Assembly (NCBI GenBank): GCA_023264565.1
Contig: JAHFLV010000007.1
Coordinates: forward strand, 1 to 32,682
Origin: Candidatus Zambryskiibacteriota bacterium
Lineage (GTDB): Bacteria > Patescibacteriota > Minisyncoccia > Phycocordibacterales > DATGWK01
Length of the DNA: 32,682 bases
Reading direction: 5' to 3'
Shown here one piece after another: positions 1 through 10,272 of this stretch (within the stretch, counting starts at the first letter, position 1; every line of letters starts with the position of its first letter). The position numbers and the translations under genes are program-made. Below the pieces are notes generated by a model. That model searched no databases and had not been told where the DNA came from. It saw only the letters and a list, made by a program, of their open reading frames with translations.

Positions 1-13
1 TAGAATTTCTCAT
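1..13 (-). CDS. 5' end of a gene running off the left edge (MRNS...)
   Basis: Minus-strand ATG at 13, GGAG about 9 nt upstream, and a promoter at 93-121. Only 4 codons are visible. Confidence 0.4.
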
Positions 14-92
14 TGCTACTGACTCCGTTAATATGATGAGGATGGTTTCTTACGGTCCCGAACATCGGAACTTTGGTTTTCAGTCCTTCCGA

Positions 93-121
93 AAGGTAAC
101 ATATATTTTATATTATGTCAA
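93..121 (-). promoter_or_regulatory. sigma70-type promoter TTGACA-N17-TACCTT
   Basis: Perfect -35 at 116-121, 17-nt spacer, -10 at 93-98; points leftwards. Confidence 0.6.
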
Positions 122-225
122 CAAACGGTTAAACCTGAGGTTTCGAAAGAATTTAAACTAAACTTTTTTCGTCGACTGTAGTATATTAGATACCTACTTA
201 GCTTTAATTAGCCTCAAAAACTCCA

Positions 226-846
226 ATGAAAGATGAACAAGATCACAAAAAAGTAGGGGCGGAAGATACTCAGGACGCTGGGCCGGAAATCACCACCGAC
301 ACCGGTGACGATGTGAGCCTTGAGCAAGACAGTGAATTCAGCGAACACACTGCGCGACAAAATAAAGATGTGGTTGCCGATCTCCGAGCTCGACTCAAAA
401 AAAGCGACGAGGAAAAACGAGAATATCTGACCGGCTGGCAAAAACTGAAAGCTGATTATATAAATTCTCGAAAACAGGACGAAGAAGACAATAAACGCCG
501 CATCAAATATGCCGAAGAAGAACTTTTGACTGAGCTCGCTCCGGTTTTAGACAGTTTTGAAATGGCTTTTGCAAATAAAGAAGAGTTGGCAAAGCTTCCT
601 GAAGTTTGGCGAAAAGGAGTCGAACAAATTCACAATCAATTCTTTGCGATTCTCACGAATCATAAAGTAAAAATTATTGATCCACTTGGCGAGCCATTTG
701 ATCCTCGCGAGTCCGAAGCAGTTGGAATTGTGGAGGTAACCGATCCAAAGCAAGACGACGTAGTCATTTCTGTTCTTCAAAAAGGATATAAGGTGCACGA
801 TAAAATCATCCGACCGGCGAAAGTACGAGTTGGAAAACTCGCATAA
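226..846 (+). CDS. grpE: Nucleotide exchange factor GrpE
   Basis: KADYINSRK coiled coil, FDPRESEAV and KGYKVHDKIIRPAKVRV motifs; upstream of dnaK. Confidence 0.97.
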   Translation: MKDEQDHKKVGAEDTQDAGPEITTDTGDDVSLEQDSEFSEHTARQNKDVVADLRARLKKSDEEKREYLTGWQKLKADYINSRKQDEEDNKRRIKYAEEELLTELAPVLDSFEMAFANKEELAKLPEVWRKGVEQIHNQFFAILTNHKVKIIDPLGEPFDPRESEAVGIVEVTDPKQDDVVISVLQKGYKVHDKIIRPAKVRVGKLA

Positions 847-908
847 AACAGGAAATCGGCCGCGATTGGTAAGTATTTTGCCCGATTTTCCGGCCATTTT
901 GACAGGAC

Positions 909-937
909 TTGAAATTTGGGTCGGGGCCGAATATACT
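909..937 (+). promoter_or_regulatory. Promoter for dnaK, (C)TTGAAA-N17-TATACT
   Basis: -35 at 909-914, -10 at 932-937, 17-nt spacer. Confidence 0.55.
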
Positions 938-1001
938 TTGCTCACTACAGATACGAAAGGAAGCGTGATTTTTTTAGTAAAAACATTAAATTCATAAAAC
1001 C

Positions 1002-2924
1002 ATGGCAAAAATAATTGGAATTGATTTGGGAACAACAAATTCTGCAGTCGCCGTCATGGATATCGGCGGCCCAAAAATTTTAGAAAACGCGGAGGGTGCA
1101 CGAACCACTCCATCTATTGTCGCGATCTCAAAAACCGGCGAACGACTCGTTGGTCTTTTGGCAAAACGCCAGTCTGTGACCAACCCTAAGGGCACAATCG
1201 TCGGCATCAAGCGCTTTATTGGCCACACATTTGAGGATCCTGCAGTTCAGAAAGACAAAGCCAACGTTCCATATGACATCATCAAAGGCACCGACGGTGG
1301 CGTTCAGGTCACCATGTCAGGCAAAAATTATCGACCAGAAGAAGTTTCTGCGATGATTTTGGCAAAAATTAAAGCTGATGCGGAAGCAAAACTCGGCGAG
1401 AAAGTGACCGAAGCAATCATCACCGTTCCAGCATACTTCAACGACGCTCAGCGAAAAGCGACAAAAGACGCGGGTCAGATCGCAGGTTTGGATGTAAAAC
1501 GAATCATTAATGAACCAACAGCTGCTGCGCTCGCATATGGATTCAATAAAAAGAAAGAAGAGAAGATCGCAGTCTTCGATTTCGGTGGCGGTACATTCGA
1601 TATCTCTATTTTGGAAGTCGGCGATGAGGTTGTTGAAGTAAAATCAACCGACGGTGACAGTCATTTGGGTGGACGCGACATCGACCAGAAAATCATCAAT
1701 TGGATTGCGGACGAATTCAAGAAAGAAAACGGTATCGATCTCCGAACCGATGCGTTTGCCTTGCAGCGCCTCGATGAAGCAGCGGAAAAGGCAAAAATCG
1801 AGCTCTCAACCGCGATGGAAACTGAAATCAATATTCCATTCGTAACCTCAGACGCCTCTGGTCCAAAGCATTTGATTTTGAAAATGAGTCGAGCAAAGCT
1901 CGAAGATCTCACCAAAGAGTTCATCGACCGCGCTCTGATGATCACCAAGAGAGCCATGGAGGCATCGCCATTCAAAGTTGGCGAGCTCAATGAAGTTATT
2001 CTTGTTGGAGGCCAAACTCGCATGCCTAAGATCGTTGAGGAGGTTAAGAAATTCTTTGGAAAGGAACCGAACAAGTCTATTAACCCAGATGAAGTCGTGG
2101 CACTCGGTGCTGCGATCCAGGGTGGAATTATTTCCGGCGACGTTAAAGACATTCTCTTGCTCGATGTTATTCCGCTTTCTCTCGGTATTGAAACCATGGG
2201 AGGTGTTTCTACAAAACTCATTGAAAAGAACACAACGGTTCCGGCTTCTAAATCTCAAGTTTTCTCAACCGCAGCCGACAACCAAACATCTGTCGAAATT
2301 CACGTTCTTCAAGGTGAACGACCAATGGCGAGCGACAATAAAAGTCTTGGCCGATTTATTTTGGACGGCATTCCACCAGCACGACGCGGTATGCCGCAAG
2401 TTGAAGTTACTTTTGACATCGATGCGAACGGAATTTTGAGCGTCAAAGCAAAAGACAAAGCTTCAAACCGCGAACAATCTATCCGAATCGAAGCAAGCTC
2501 CGGTCTTTCAAAAGACGACATTGCAAAGATGCAGAAGGACGCCGAAGTTCATGCCGCAGAAGATGCTAAGAAGAAAGAAGTAATTGAAGCCAAAAATTTG
2601 GCTGAGCAGCTCATTTACACTTCTGAAAAAGCCCTCGAAGATGCTGGAGCAAAAGTTCCAGACGACGTAAAGAAACCAATTACTGAAAAGATCGAAACTC
2701 TTAAGAAAGAAAAAGCGGGCGACAATCTCGACTCAATAAAAAAAGCTACAACCGAGCTTTCAAACGAAATTCAGAAAATCGGACAGTATATGCAAGGACA
2801 AGCTGGCGGACAAAATCCTGGCTCAAATCCAGATCAGTCTGCAGGTGGCAACTCTGATAGCAACGGCCCAGATGGCGACAATGTTCGCGATGCTGAATAC
2901 AAAGAAAATCCTCCGAAGCAATAG
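1002..2924 (+). CDS. dnaK: Chaperone DnaK (Hsp70)
   Basis: [25 protein letters not shown] and LVGGQTRMP signatures. Confidence 0.99.
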   Translation: MAKIIGIDLGTTNSAVAVMDIGGPKILENAEGARTTPSIVAISKTGERLVGLLAKRQSVTNPKGTIVGIKRFIGHTFEDPAVQKDKANVPYDIIKGTDGGVQVTMSGKNYRPEEVSAMILAKIKADAEAKLGEKVTEAIITVPAYFNDAQRKATKDAGQIAGLDVKRIINEPTAAALAYGFNKKKEEKIAVFDFGGGTFDISILEVGDEVVEVKSTDGDSHLGGRDIDQKIINWIADEFKKENGIDLRTDAFALQRLDEAAEKAKIELSTAMETEINIPFVTSDASGPKHLILKMSRAKLEDLTKEFIDRALMITKRAMEASPFKVGELNEVILVGGQTRMPKIVEEVKKFFGKEPNKSINPDEVVALGAAIQGGIISGDVKDILLLDVIPLSLGIETMGGVSTKLIEKNTTVPASKSQVFSTAADNQTSVEIHVLQGERPMASDNKSLGRFILDGIPPARRGMPQVEVTFDIDANGILSVKAKDKASNREQSIRIEASSGLSKDDIAKMQKDAEVHAAEDAKKKEVIEAKNLAEQLIYTSEKALEDAGAKVPDDVKKPITEKIETLKKEKAGDNLDSIKKATTELSNEIQKIGQYMQGQAGGQNPGSNPDQSAGGNSDSNGPDGDNVRDAEYKENPPKQ

Positions 2925-2957
2925 CAAGTAATCGCTGCGCGTTCGCGCGCAAACTAA

Positions 2958-4043
2958 ATGGCAAAAAATTATTACGAAACTCTAGGAATCGACAAATCGG
3001 CCACAAAGGACGAGGTCAAAAAAGCCTTCAGAACGCTCGCACACAAATATCATCCCGACAAAAAGGGAGGCGATGAAGCGAAGTTCAAAGAAGTAAACGA
3101 GGCTTACACAATCCTCATGGACGATAAAAAACGCGCCGAGTACGATGCGTACGGCCGTGTCTTTAGCGATGGTCAGGGTCCTGGCCCAGGTGCCGGCGGT
3201 GGCGGATTCGACGGCTTTGATTTTTCTCAGTTCACCCAGGGCGGTCAGGGCTTTGGTGGCGACATGAATTTCGGAGACATCTTCTCTGAATTTTTTGGCG
3301 GTGGAAGAGGGGAGAAAGTAAAACGCGGCCGAGATATTTCAATCGACGTCGAACTCTCTTTCGAAGAATCAATTTTCGGCATTAACAAAAAAATTCTCCT
3401 CAACAAAACATCACAGTGCCAAACATGTAGCGGTTCAGGTGGCGCTCCTGGTACAGAATTTTTGACCTGCAAAACCTGCAATGGCAAAGGAAAGATTCGC
3501 GAGATGCGCAACACGATTCTCGGTTCATTTGCTTCAGAAAGAACCTGCGGCACCTGTAATGGTCATGGCAAGGTTCCAAAAGAAAAATGTAAAACCTGTG
3601 CGGGTGCAGGTGTTGTTCGTCGAGAAAATGAAATCAGTGTCAAAATCCCAGCAGGAATTGAAGATGGCGAAATGATCCGACTCACAGGCGCAGGAGAAGC
3701 TATCACTGGCGGCTCACCGGGCGACTTGTACATTAAAGTTCATGTCAAAAGACATGCGACCTTCCGCAAAGACGGCCGAAACCTCGTCACCGACCTCAAG
3801 GTAAAACTTTCTGACGCACTCCTCGGCGCCGAACACAATCTCCAAACCCTCGATGGCAATGTAACCCTTAAAATTCCTGCGCACGTAACTTTTGGAGAAG
3901 TTCTTCGCATCAAAGGCAAGGGTGTCCCAGATGACCGCAATAAACGCGGCGACATTATGGTTCGAATCATCATTGAGCTTCCGAAGAGTCTTTCAAGGGA
4001 TGCACGGAAGAAGATTGAGGAGTTGAAGAGGGAGGGGATTTAA
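2958..4043 (+). CDS. dnaJ: Chaperone DnaJ
   Basis: J-domain HPD, G/F-rich region, four CxxCxGxG repeats. Confidence 0.99.
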   Translation: MAKNYYETLGIDKSATKDEVKKAFRTLAHKYHPDKKGGDEAKFKEVNEAYTILMDDKKRAEYDAYGRVFSDGQGPGPGAGGGGFDGFDFSQFTQGGQGFGGDMNFGDIFSEFFGGGRGEKVKRGRDISIDVELSFEESIFGINKKILLNKTSQCQTCSGSGGAPGTEFLTCKTCNGKGKIREMRNTILGSFASERTCGTCNGHGKVPKEKCKTCAGAGVVRRENEISVKIPAGIEDGEMIRLTGAGEAITGGSPGDLYIKVHVKRHATFRKDGRNLVTDLKVKLSDALLGAEHNLQTLDGNVTLKIPAHVTFGEVLRIKGKGVPDDRNKRGDIMVRIIIELPKSLSRDARKKIEELKREGI

Positions 4044-4047
4044 ATAG

Positions 4048-4074
4048 AAAAACCCGCGGTTCACGCGGGTTTTT
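4048..4074. terminator. Bidirectional intrinsic terminator
   Basis: AAAAACCCGCG-GTTCA-CGCGGGTTTTT between convergent genes. Confidence 0.85.
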
Positions 4075-4097
4075 GCTTGTAGAAACGTGGAGGTTGC

Positions 4098-4598
4098 TTA
4101 AGCCGACTCTTTCTGCTCCTTCCAGGATGGGCGGTATGGGAACATATCCATACAGCTCCATCTTTTGTAGTGTGCCGCGTGTGCAGTGCACAGATACACA
4201 TTACACACTGAGCCCCAGATATTTATCCACACGATCTCGGCTTGTTCGTGAGAACATTCATCAACCATGCACCTTTTTCGAGGTGAAAGCCGCGCCTTCA
4301 GAACTGCCACGGTACGCCACATGGTGCCAAAGTGCTTGTTTGCGTAGTACTCTGGGTCCCAGTCTGGTTCACGACGAAGTTCTCTTGCCGGGCACATATA
4401 GTATTCCCAGTTTGAATTCCTTTCTCTTTCGTCATGCGCAGAATAGAACATCAGACTGTCTCTTCGATCAAACCGCACGAGGATTTGGGGTGGTCTCCAG
4501 AAACGAAGTTGCACCTCTACGACGAGCCCTTGCTTGTTGTGGAAAATCGAACCGCGATCGATGTCCCTCACGATGTCACCTGGCATCAATATGGCCAT
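4098..4598 (-). CDS. Hypothetical protein; possible SH3-like N-terminus and C-terminal Zn-binding motif
   Basis: GGAG SD and own promoter; PGDIV...GLVVEV pattern; CMVDEC...CTAH. Confidence 0.7.
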   Translation of the reverse strand: MAILMPGDIVRDIDRGSIFHNKQGLVVEVQLRFWRPPQILVRFDRRDSLMFYSAHDERERNSNWEYYMCPARELRREPDWDPEYYANKHFGTMWRTVAVLKARLSPRKRCMVDECSHEQAEIVWINIWGSVCNVYLCTAHAAHYKRWSCMDMFPYRPSWKEQKESA

Positions 4599-4642
4599 AG
4601 CTGTACTCCAGAGAATGAGATTTTTAGAACGATTCTGCCCTA

Positions 4643-4671
4643 AAAGTACTCTTCGATATGAGATATGTCAA
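4643..4671 (-). promoter_or_regulatory. sigma70 promoter TTGACA-N17-TACTTT for the 4598 orphan
   Basis: -35 at 4666-4671, -10 at 4643-4648. Confidence 0.65.
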
Positions 4672-4699
4672 AATCATTTTTCCTGCTACAATTTCCAAC

Positions 4700-5695
4700 A
4701 TGTCAGAAATAAAAAGAATGGTCTCAGGCATCAAACCAACCGGCGCACTTCATGTCGGTAATTATTTTGGTGCAATGAAGCAATTCATTGAACAGGCAGG
4801 AAATTACGAAACCTACATTTTCATTGCCGATCTTCACGCCATCATCAGCGTTCAAAATGGAGCAGAACTCCGCGCAAACGTTTTGAATGTTGCGATCGAC
4901 TATCTTGCAGCTGGACTCGATCCTAAAAAGGCGACGATTTTTGTGCAGTCACAGGTGCCAGCCCACACCGAGCTTGCTTGGATTTTTAACTGCATCACCA
5001 CCATGCCATATTTGATGCGCGCGCATGCTTTTAAAGATGCCGAAGCAAAAAACAAAGAAATCAACGTTGGAGTTTTTGATTATCCACTTCTTATGGCTGC
5101 AGATATTTTGCTTTACGGCGCCCATGTTGTGCCGGTCGGTCAGGATCAAAAGCAGCATTTGGAAATTGCCAAAGACACTGCGCAGAAGTTCAACCGAATC
5201 TTTTCTCCAGGCATACCAGTTTTTGAAGAACCAGAGCCGCTAATTTTGCCAGATGTCGGTGTTGTACCCGGCACAGATGGTCAGAAAATGAGCAAAAGTT
5301 ATAACAATACTATCGGCCTTTTTGCGACCGACGAAGAAATTCGCACTGCGGTTATGAAAATACCAACTGACTCAAAAGGTGTCGCTGATCCAAAAGATCC
5401 TGAAACCTGCAAAGTTTTTGCGATCCATAAACTGTTCGCCACAAAAGAAGAACTCGAGAGTCTGCGAAACCGTTACATGGTTACCAATGGCGCGCAGGGA
5501 ATTGGCTATAAAGAGTCAAAAGATCTTTTGGTAGGTTATGCATCTCGATTTATTACTCCGATGCGCGAACGCCGTGCAAAAATTGCCGCAAACCCAAAGA
5601 AGGTCATGAAGATGCTTGAAAAGGGAAATAAAAAGGCCCAGAAAGTGACTGAAAAAATGATGGAGCGAGTACGCGAGGCGGTTGGGCTTCGATAA
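4700..5695 (+). CDS. trpS: Tryptophan--tRNA ligase
   Basis: SGIKPTG, HVGN, YPLLMAADIL, VPVGQDQKQH, KMSKS. Start moved to the ATG at 4700. Confidence 0.97.
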   Translation: MSEIKRMVSGIKPTGALHVGNYFGAMKQFIEQAGNYETYIFIADLHAIISVQNGAELRANVLNVAIDYLAAGLDPKKATIFVQSQVPAHTELAWIFNCITTMPYLMRAHAFKDAEAKNKEINVGVFDYPLLMAADILLYGAHVVPVGQDQKQHLEIAKDTAQKFNRIFSPGIPVFEEPEPLILPDVGVVPGTDGQKMSKSYNNTIGLFATDEEIRTAVMKIPTDSKGVADPKDPETCKVFAIHKLFATKEELESLRNRYMVTNGAQGIGYKESKDLLVGYASRFITPMRERRAKIAANPKKVMKMLEKGNKKAQKVTEKMMERVREAVGLR

Positions 5696-5726
5696 TGAGT
5701 TGGTTTGAATAATACATTTTCACTGA

Positions 5727-6452
5727 ATGGCATTTCACATAAAAACTGAACATTTTCATGGGCCGTTCGATCTTCTCCTTGATCTTATTGAGCGTCGCAA
5801 ACTTCATATAAACGAAATTTCATTAGCCAAAGTCACTGATGACTTTATCAGCTACATAGAATCTCAAGAAAATTTTCCGATGGGTGAGTCGGCGAATTTT
5901 ATTTTAGTTGCGTCAACTTTGCTTCTCATAAAATCTCGATCGCTTTTACCAAATCTTGAACTGACCCAAGAAGAACAGGGTGATATCAAGTCTCTTGAAC
6001 TTCGCCTGGCGATTTATAAAAGAATCCGCGAAGCTAGCAAGACAATCGAGGACCGATATGGAAATGTGCAGCTTTTTGCTCCGGAAAAGCGCGATTTCAC
6101 GGAAATTGTCTTTTCTCCTGGTGCACTTTCCCAAACAAGCATTACCGAAGCCATAAAACGCATTCTCTTGGCCATTCCAAAGGTTCAGGCTTTGCCGAAG
6201 GTTGTAGTCCAGAAAGTCATCAGTTTGGAGGAAATGATTGACCGACTCACAAAACGCGTTGAGCATAGCCTTAAAATGAGTTTTAGGGAGTTTACGGGCC
6301 GCGAGAAAAGCGAGAAAATTAATGTTATAGTTGGGTTTCTAGCCATGCTAGAGCTCGTAAAACGGGGCATTATAAAGGCCGAACAAAAGGGCTCTTTTGA
6401 CGAAATCGAGATCGAAACCCAGGCGGCAGTCGGGGTGCCAACGTACACATAA
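5727..6452 (+). CDS. scpA: Segregation and condensation protein A
   Basis: FHGPFDLLLDLI N-terminus; FLAMLELVK C-terminus. Confidence 0.95.
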   Translation: MAFHIKTEHFHGPFDLLLDLIERRKLHINEISLAKVTDDFISYIESQENFPMGESANFILVASTLLLIKSRSLLPNLELTQEEQGDIKSLELRLAIYKRIREASKTIEDRYGNVQLFAPEKRDFTEIVFSPGALSQTSITEAIKRILLAIPKVQALPKVVVQKVISLEEMIDRLTKRVEHSLKMSFREFTGREKSEKINVIVGFLAMLELVKRGIIKAEQKGSFDEIEIETQAAVGVPTYT

Positions 6453-6479
6453 ATCGTACATATAATCCGCGCCATATTT

Positions 6480-7025
6480 ATGCCACTTTCTCTTGAATCA
6501 AAAATCGAAGCTTTGCTTTTTTGGAAAGCTGAGCCTATGAGTATCAAGGAAATTTCAAAATTTCTTGAAGTTGAAGTCGGCGATGTGGAAAGCTCCATCG
6601 AAACTCTTAAAGCAGCATTAGCTGGGCGAGGTCTCGGAATCGTTCAAAATGGCGGCGAAATAATGCTCTACACAGCTCCAGAAGCAAGCGAGCTCATCAA
6701 AAAGCTGACCAAAGAAGAGCTTGCAAGGGAAGTCAGCAAAGCAGGTATCGAAGTTTTGTCACTCATCATCTACCGCGGACCGATTTCAAAAAAAGATATC
6801 GATTATATCCGCGGCGTGAACTCGAGTTACATCATTCGAAATTTGCTTGTCCGAGGTTTGATCGAACGAGTTGAAAATGGTGACAGTCGAAGTTTCGTGT
6901 ATCAACCAACCTTTGAATTTTTGGCTCATCTCGGAGTTTCAAAAAAAGAAGAATTGCCTGATTTTGAAACTGTTCAAAAAGATATCGCTGCGTTTATGGC
7001 AAACGACATAGAAAAAAATGGATAA
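6480..7025 (+). CDS. scpB: Segregation and condensation protein B
   Basis: IEALLF, IIYRGPISK..IDYIRGVNS; follows scpA. Confidence 0.95.
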   Translation: MPLSLESKIEALLFWKAEPMSIKEISKFLEVEVGDVESSIETLKAALAGRGLGIVQNGGEIMLYTAPEASELIKKLTKEELAREVSKAGIEVLSLIIYRGPISKKDIDYIRGVNSSYIIRNLLVRGLIERVENGDSRSFVYQPTFEFLAHLGVSKKEELPDFETVQKDIAAFMANDIEKNG

Positions 7026-7977
7026 CGACATTATCAAACAAAAAAACGAAAAAGTGTTGGTCGCTGTTGTGGCGGTCGGTTTGGTATTGATCGTAATGGT
7101 AGCTTTGTATATCTATTCAAAAAATCAGCACGTCAAAATCGACCATATCAATAATTCAATCGTACAAAACACCGGAACTGTCACTGATCCTTTTGCAAAC
7201 ATGAATTTGTTTGCACACTCAGCCGTGGTCTGGGATGTAAAAAATCAAAAGTTTTTATATAAGAAAAATGAACAGGATGTTGTTCCGCTTGCGTCTTTGA
7301 CCAAACTCATGACTGCGCTCGCAGCTGTAGAAATTTTGCCAAATGGCTCAAATATTAAAATCACTAACGAATATCTTCAAGAAGAAGCGCCAAAAGAATT
7401 GCTTGCAAATGAAAATTGGGATCTCCGAAAACTCATTTCTTTAACCTTACTTTCTTCTTCAAACGCTGGGGCGCGAGCAATCGCCACTGTTGCCGGAGCC
7501 TTTTTGCCACAAAAACAAACCGAGGATACTCGCCAAGTATTCATCGACTACCTAAACAAGCGAGCAGGGGAACTCAAACTCGATTCTATGCGTTTTTACA
7601 ACGACAGCGGTCTTGATCTCGACACCGAAGAAAGCGGGGCATACGGCAGTGCTCAGGACGTTGCAAAACTCATGGATTACATCATCAAAACTCAGCCGAA
7701 TTTGCTTGAATCAACTAAATTTTCAAATCTAACATTGACCTCAAACAACAACTCGGTCCACCAGGTTAAAAACACCAACATCATCATCGACAGCATCCCT
7801 GGTGTTGCGGCTTCAAAAACCGGCTATACGGATTTAGCGCAAGGAAACCTGATGGTGGAATTTTCACCAGGCCTGGAAGGTCCGTACGTCGCAGTTGTAT
7901 TGGGATCAACATTTGAAGGTCGTTTTACCGACATAGACAAATTGATCAACGCAACAATTCAAAATATTTCAAAATAA
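7018..7977 (+). CDS. D-alanyl-D-alanine carboxypeptidase (peptidase S11), membrane-anchored
   Basis: SxxK (ASLTKLM), SxN (SSN) and KTG motifs; N-terminal TM helix. Confidence 0.9.
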   Translation: MDNDIIKQKNEKVLVAVVAVGLVLIVMVALYIYSKNQHVKIDHINNSIVQNTGTVTDPFANMNLFAHSAVVWDVKNQKFLYKKNEQDVVPLASLTKLMTALAAVEILPNGSNIKITNEYLQEEAPKELLANENWDLRKLISLTLLSSSNAGARAIATVAGAFLPQKQTEDTRQVFIDYLNKRAGELKLDSMRFYNDSGLDLDTEESGAYGSAQDVAKLMDYIIKTQPNLLESTKFSNLTLTSNNNSVHQVKNTNIIIDSIPGVAASKTGYTDLAQGNLMVEFSPGLEGPYVAVVLGSTFEGRFTDIDKLINATIQNISK

Positions 7978-7989
7978 TTATTTAAATAT

Positions 7990-9072
7990 ATGCCAATCGA
8001 TATCGTCAAAGTATTTCTACCATCTGTTATTGCCTTTGTTATCGGAATCGCTATTACTCCAGCAATCACACATTACCTCTACACTTACAAACTGTGGAAA
8101 AAACAGAGCGTTCAAAAAACTATCGATGGTCGTGAAGCGACAATCTCTGCATCACTTCACAACGACGAAGTAAAAAAAATCCCTCGCATGGGCGGCTTAG
8201 TAGTTTGGATTTCAGTTACGATTACCGCGCTTCTTTTTTGGATTATTGCATTCATTACCAAAACAGATTTTTTTGGAAAATTAGATTTCATTAGTCGAAG
8301 TCAAACATGGTTGCCATTCGCAACACTTATTTTCGGCGGAGTCGTTGGTTTTGTTGATGACTTTTTGGGTACACAAGGCGGCGCAGGAAAGGGTGGATAC
8401 ATTGGCGGCGGATTGTCACTTAAAAAGCGTCTTTTGCTTGTCGGTCTCATGGGTCTACTCTGTGCGTCATGGTTTTATTTCAAACTCGACATTCATTCGA
8501 TTGGTTTACCATTTGTAGGTGATCTTAATATCGGCCTTTTGTTTATTCCACTGTTTATTTTGGTTGTTATCGGTATTTACTCTGGTGGCGTGATCGACGG
8601 TATCGACGGACTTTCAGGAGGTATTTTGGCTTCAATTTTCGGCGCATATGCCGGTATCGCTTTTTATCAGCAACAAATTGATCTCGCAGCTTTCTGTGCA
8701 GTGATTGTGGGAGGTATTTTGGCCTTTCTTTGGTTTAACATTCCACCGGCACGATTTTTCATGTCAGAAACCGGCATGATGGGACTTACGATTACTTTGG
8801 CAGTCATTGCTTTTATGACCGATTCACTCGGTGAGGGCTACGGACTTTTGGTTTTACCAATCATCGCACTTCCACTCGTTCTCACCACGCTTTCAAATAT
8901 TATTCAGGTGCTGTCAAAAAAATTCAGGAATGGAAAAAAGGTTTTCAAAGTAGCGCCGCTTCACCATCATTTCCAAGCAATCGGCTGGCCTTCATATAAA
9001 GTGACAATGCGTTACTGGGTTGTTGGAATCGTGTGTGCTATCACCGGAATGATTTTGGCTCTTATTGGCTAA
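7990..9072 (+). CDS. mraY: Phospho-N-acetylmuramoyl-pentapeptide transferase
   Basis: PRMGG, GFVDD, DGIDGL, APLHHHF; polytopic membrane protein. Confidence 0.95.
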   Translation: MPIDIVKVFLPSVIAFVIGIAITPAITHYLYTYKLWKKQSVQKTIDGREATISASLHNDEVKKIPRMGGLVVWISVTITALLFWIIAFITKTDFFGKLDFISRSQTWLPFATLIFGGVVGFVDDFLGTQGGAGKGGYIGGGLSLKKRLLLVGLMGLLCASWFYFKLDIHSIGLPFVGDLNIGLLFIPLFILVVIGIYSGGVIDGIDGLSGGILASIFGAYAGIAFYQQQIDLAAFCAVIVGGILAFLWFNIPPARFFMSETGMMGLTITLAVIAFMTDSLGEGYGLLVLPIIALPLVLTTLSNIIQVLSKKFRNGKKVFKVAPLHHHFQAIGWPSYKVTMRYWVVGIVCAITGMILALIG

Positions 9073-9132
9073 TATTTCTGACTAGAAAGTTCGGGCACGA
9101 AGGGGTGAAGGGGGCGTTCGCAGTTTAAAACA

Positions 9133-10251
9133 ATGAAAAATAAAAACAAAGTCGATAAATGGTTTTTGATCGCCATTATAACCATGGCAGCCGGCGGTTT
9201 TTTCATTTTCATGTCTGCGTCTCTCGGTCTTTTGGCACGCGAGGGCGCACGATTTTCAAACGTGGCGTTTTCTCAAGCCTTTCTCGGTTTGTTTTTAGGA
9301 AGCATTGCGTGTTTCTTCACATCAAGAATCAATTACCGTTTCTGGCGTCAATATTCCTTTTATTTTTTCCTTGCGTCACTTATTTTAACTCTTGCTGTTT
9401 TTATTCCAGGGTTAGGACTAGACCACGGCGGCGCAAGACGTTGGATCGTTATTGGATCTTTCTCCATTCAAACCTCAGAATTTCTTAAGATCGGCTTTAT
9501 TATGTATCTGGCAGCATGGCTTTCTGGGGTTAAAAAACAGGTCATAACCATGCGATATGGTTTCCTGCCATTCGTTATTTTGACCGGCGTTGTTGGAATA
9601 GTGCTTTTGGTTCAACCAGACACTGACACTTTTGGAATATTGGCGCTCACAGCTTTGGCTATGTATGCGGTGAGTGGTGGTCGATGGCGGCACATTGGTT
9701 TGGTGCTTTTGGTTGGTATCTTGAGTTTTGCCGCGATCGCATATTCTCGTCCATATGTCATGGATCGAGTGATGACTTTTATTCATCCAGCAAATGACCA
9801 GCAGGGTTCAAGCTATCAACTCAACCAGTCACTCATTGCTATTGGCTCAGGTAAAATTTTTGGTAGGGGATTTGGTCAGAGCGTCCAGAAGTTTAGCTTC
9901 CTACCAGAACCAATCGGTGACTCGATTTTTGCAGTCATGGCCGAGGAGTGGGGTTTTGTTGGAAGCATCGTACTGATTTTCGTCTATCTTTTCTTTACCT
10001 TCAGAGGTATGCGAATCGCCATGAATTCCCCTGACACCTTCGGTGGACTGCTCGCATTTGGAATTGTTATACTGATCACAGCCCAGTCTTTTTGGAATAT
10101 TGGCGCAATGCTTGGAGTATTGCCACTTTCCGGAATCCCATTACTTTTCGTAAGTCATGGTGGAACGGCGCTTTTCATTACGTTAGCCGAAGTTGGTATC
10201 GTTTTGAATATTTCACGTTTTCAGAAAAAGGAACGATTGGAGCGCGCATAA
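9133..10251 (+). CDS. ftsW: SEDS peptidoglycan glycosyltransferase FtsW
   Basis: GARRWI, QTSEFLK, LPEPIGDSIF, EEWG, SHGGT; lies between mraY and murG. Confidence 0.92.
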   Translation: MKNKNKVDKWFLIAIITMAAGGFFIFMSASLGLLAREGARFSNVAFSQAFLGLFLGSIACFFTSRINYRFWRQYSFYFFLASLILTLAVFIPGLGLDHGGARRWIVIGSFSIQTSEFLKIGFIMYLAAWLSGVKKQVITMRYGFLPFVILTGVVGIVLLVQPDTDTFGILALTALAMYAVSGGRWRHIGLVLLVGILSFAAIAYSRPYVMDRVMTFIHPANDQQGSSYQLNQSLIAIGSGKIFGRGFGQSVQKFSFLPEPIGDSIFAVMAEEWGFVGSIVLIFVYLFFTFRGMRIAMNSPDTFGGLLAFGIVILITAQSFWNIGAMLGVLPLSGIPLLFVSHGGTALFITLAEVGIVLNISRFQKKERLERA

Positions 10252-10272
10252 CATTTTGAATAACACACATAT

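Noticed and set aside
121-1001. CIRCE/HrcA or sigma32 control of grpE-dnaK-dnaJ
   Set aside because: No TTAGCACTC-N9-GAGTGCTAA is present and no hrcA lies directly upstream. CTTGAAA at 908 lacks a CCCCAT -10 and fits a sigma70 promoter.
4073-4600. Plus-strand 175-aa ORF
   Set aside because: Shadow of the minus-strand gene, which has the promoter and SD; it starts inside a terminator.
9075-9130. G-rich mraY-ftsW spacer as a degenerate third palindromic element
   Set aside because: No long inverted arms or CATTTGA motif; similarity too weak.
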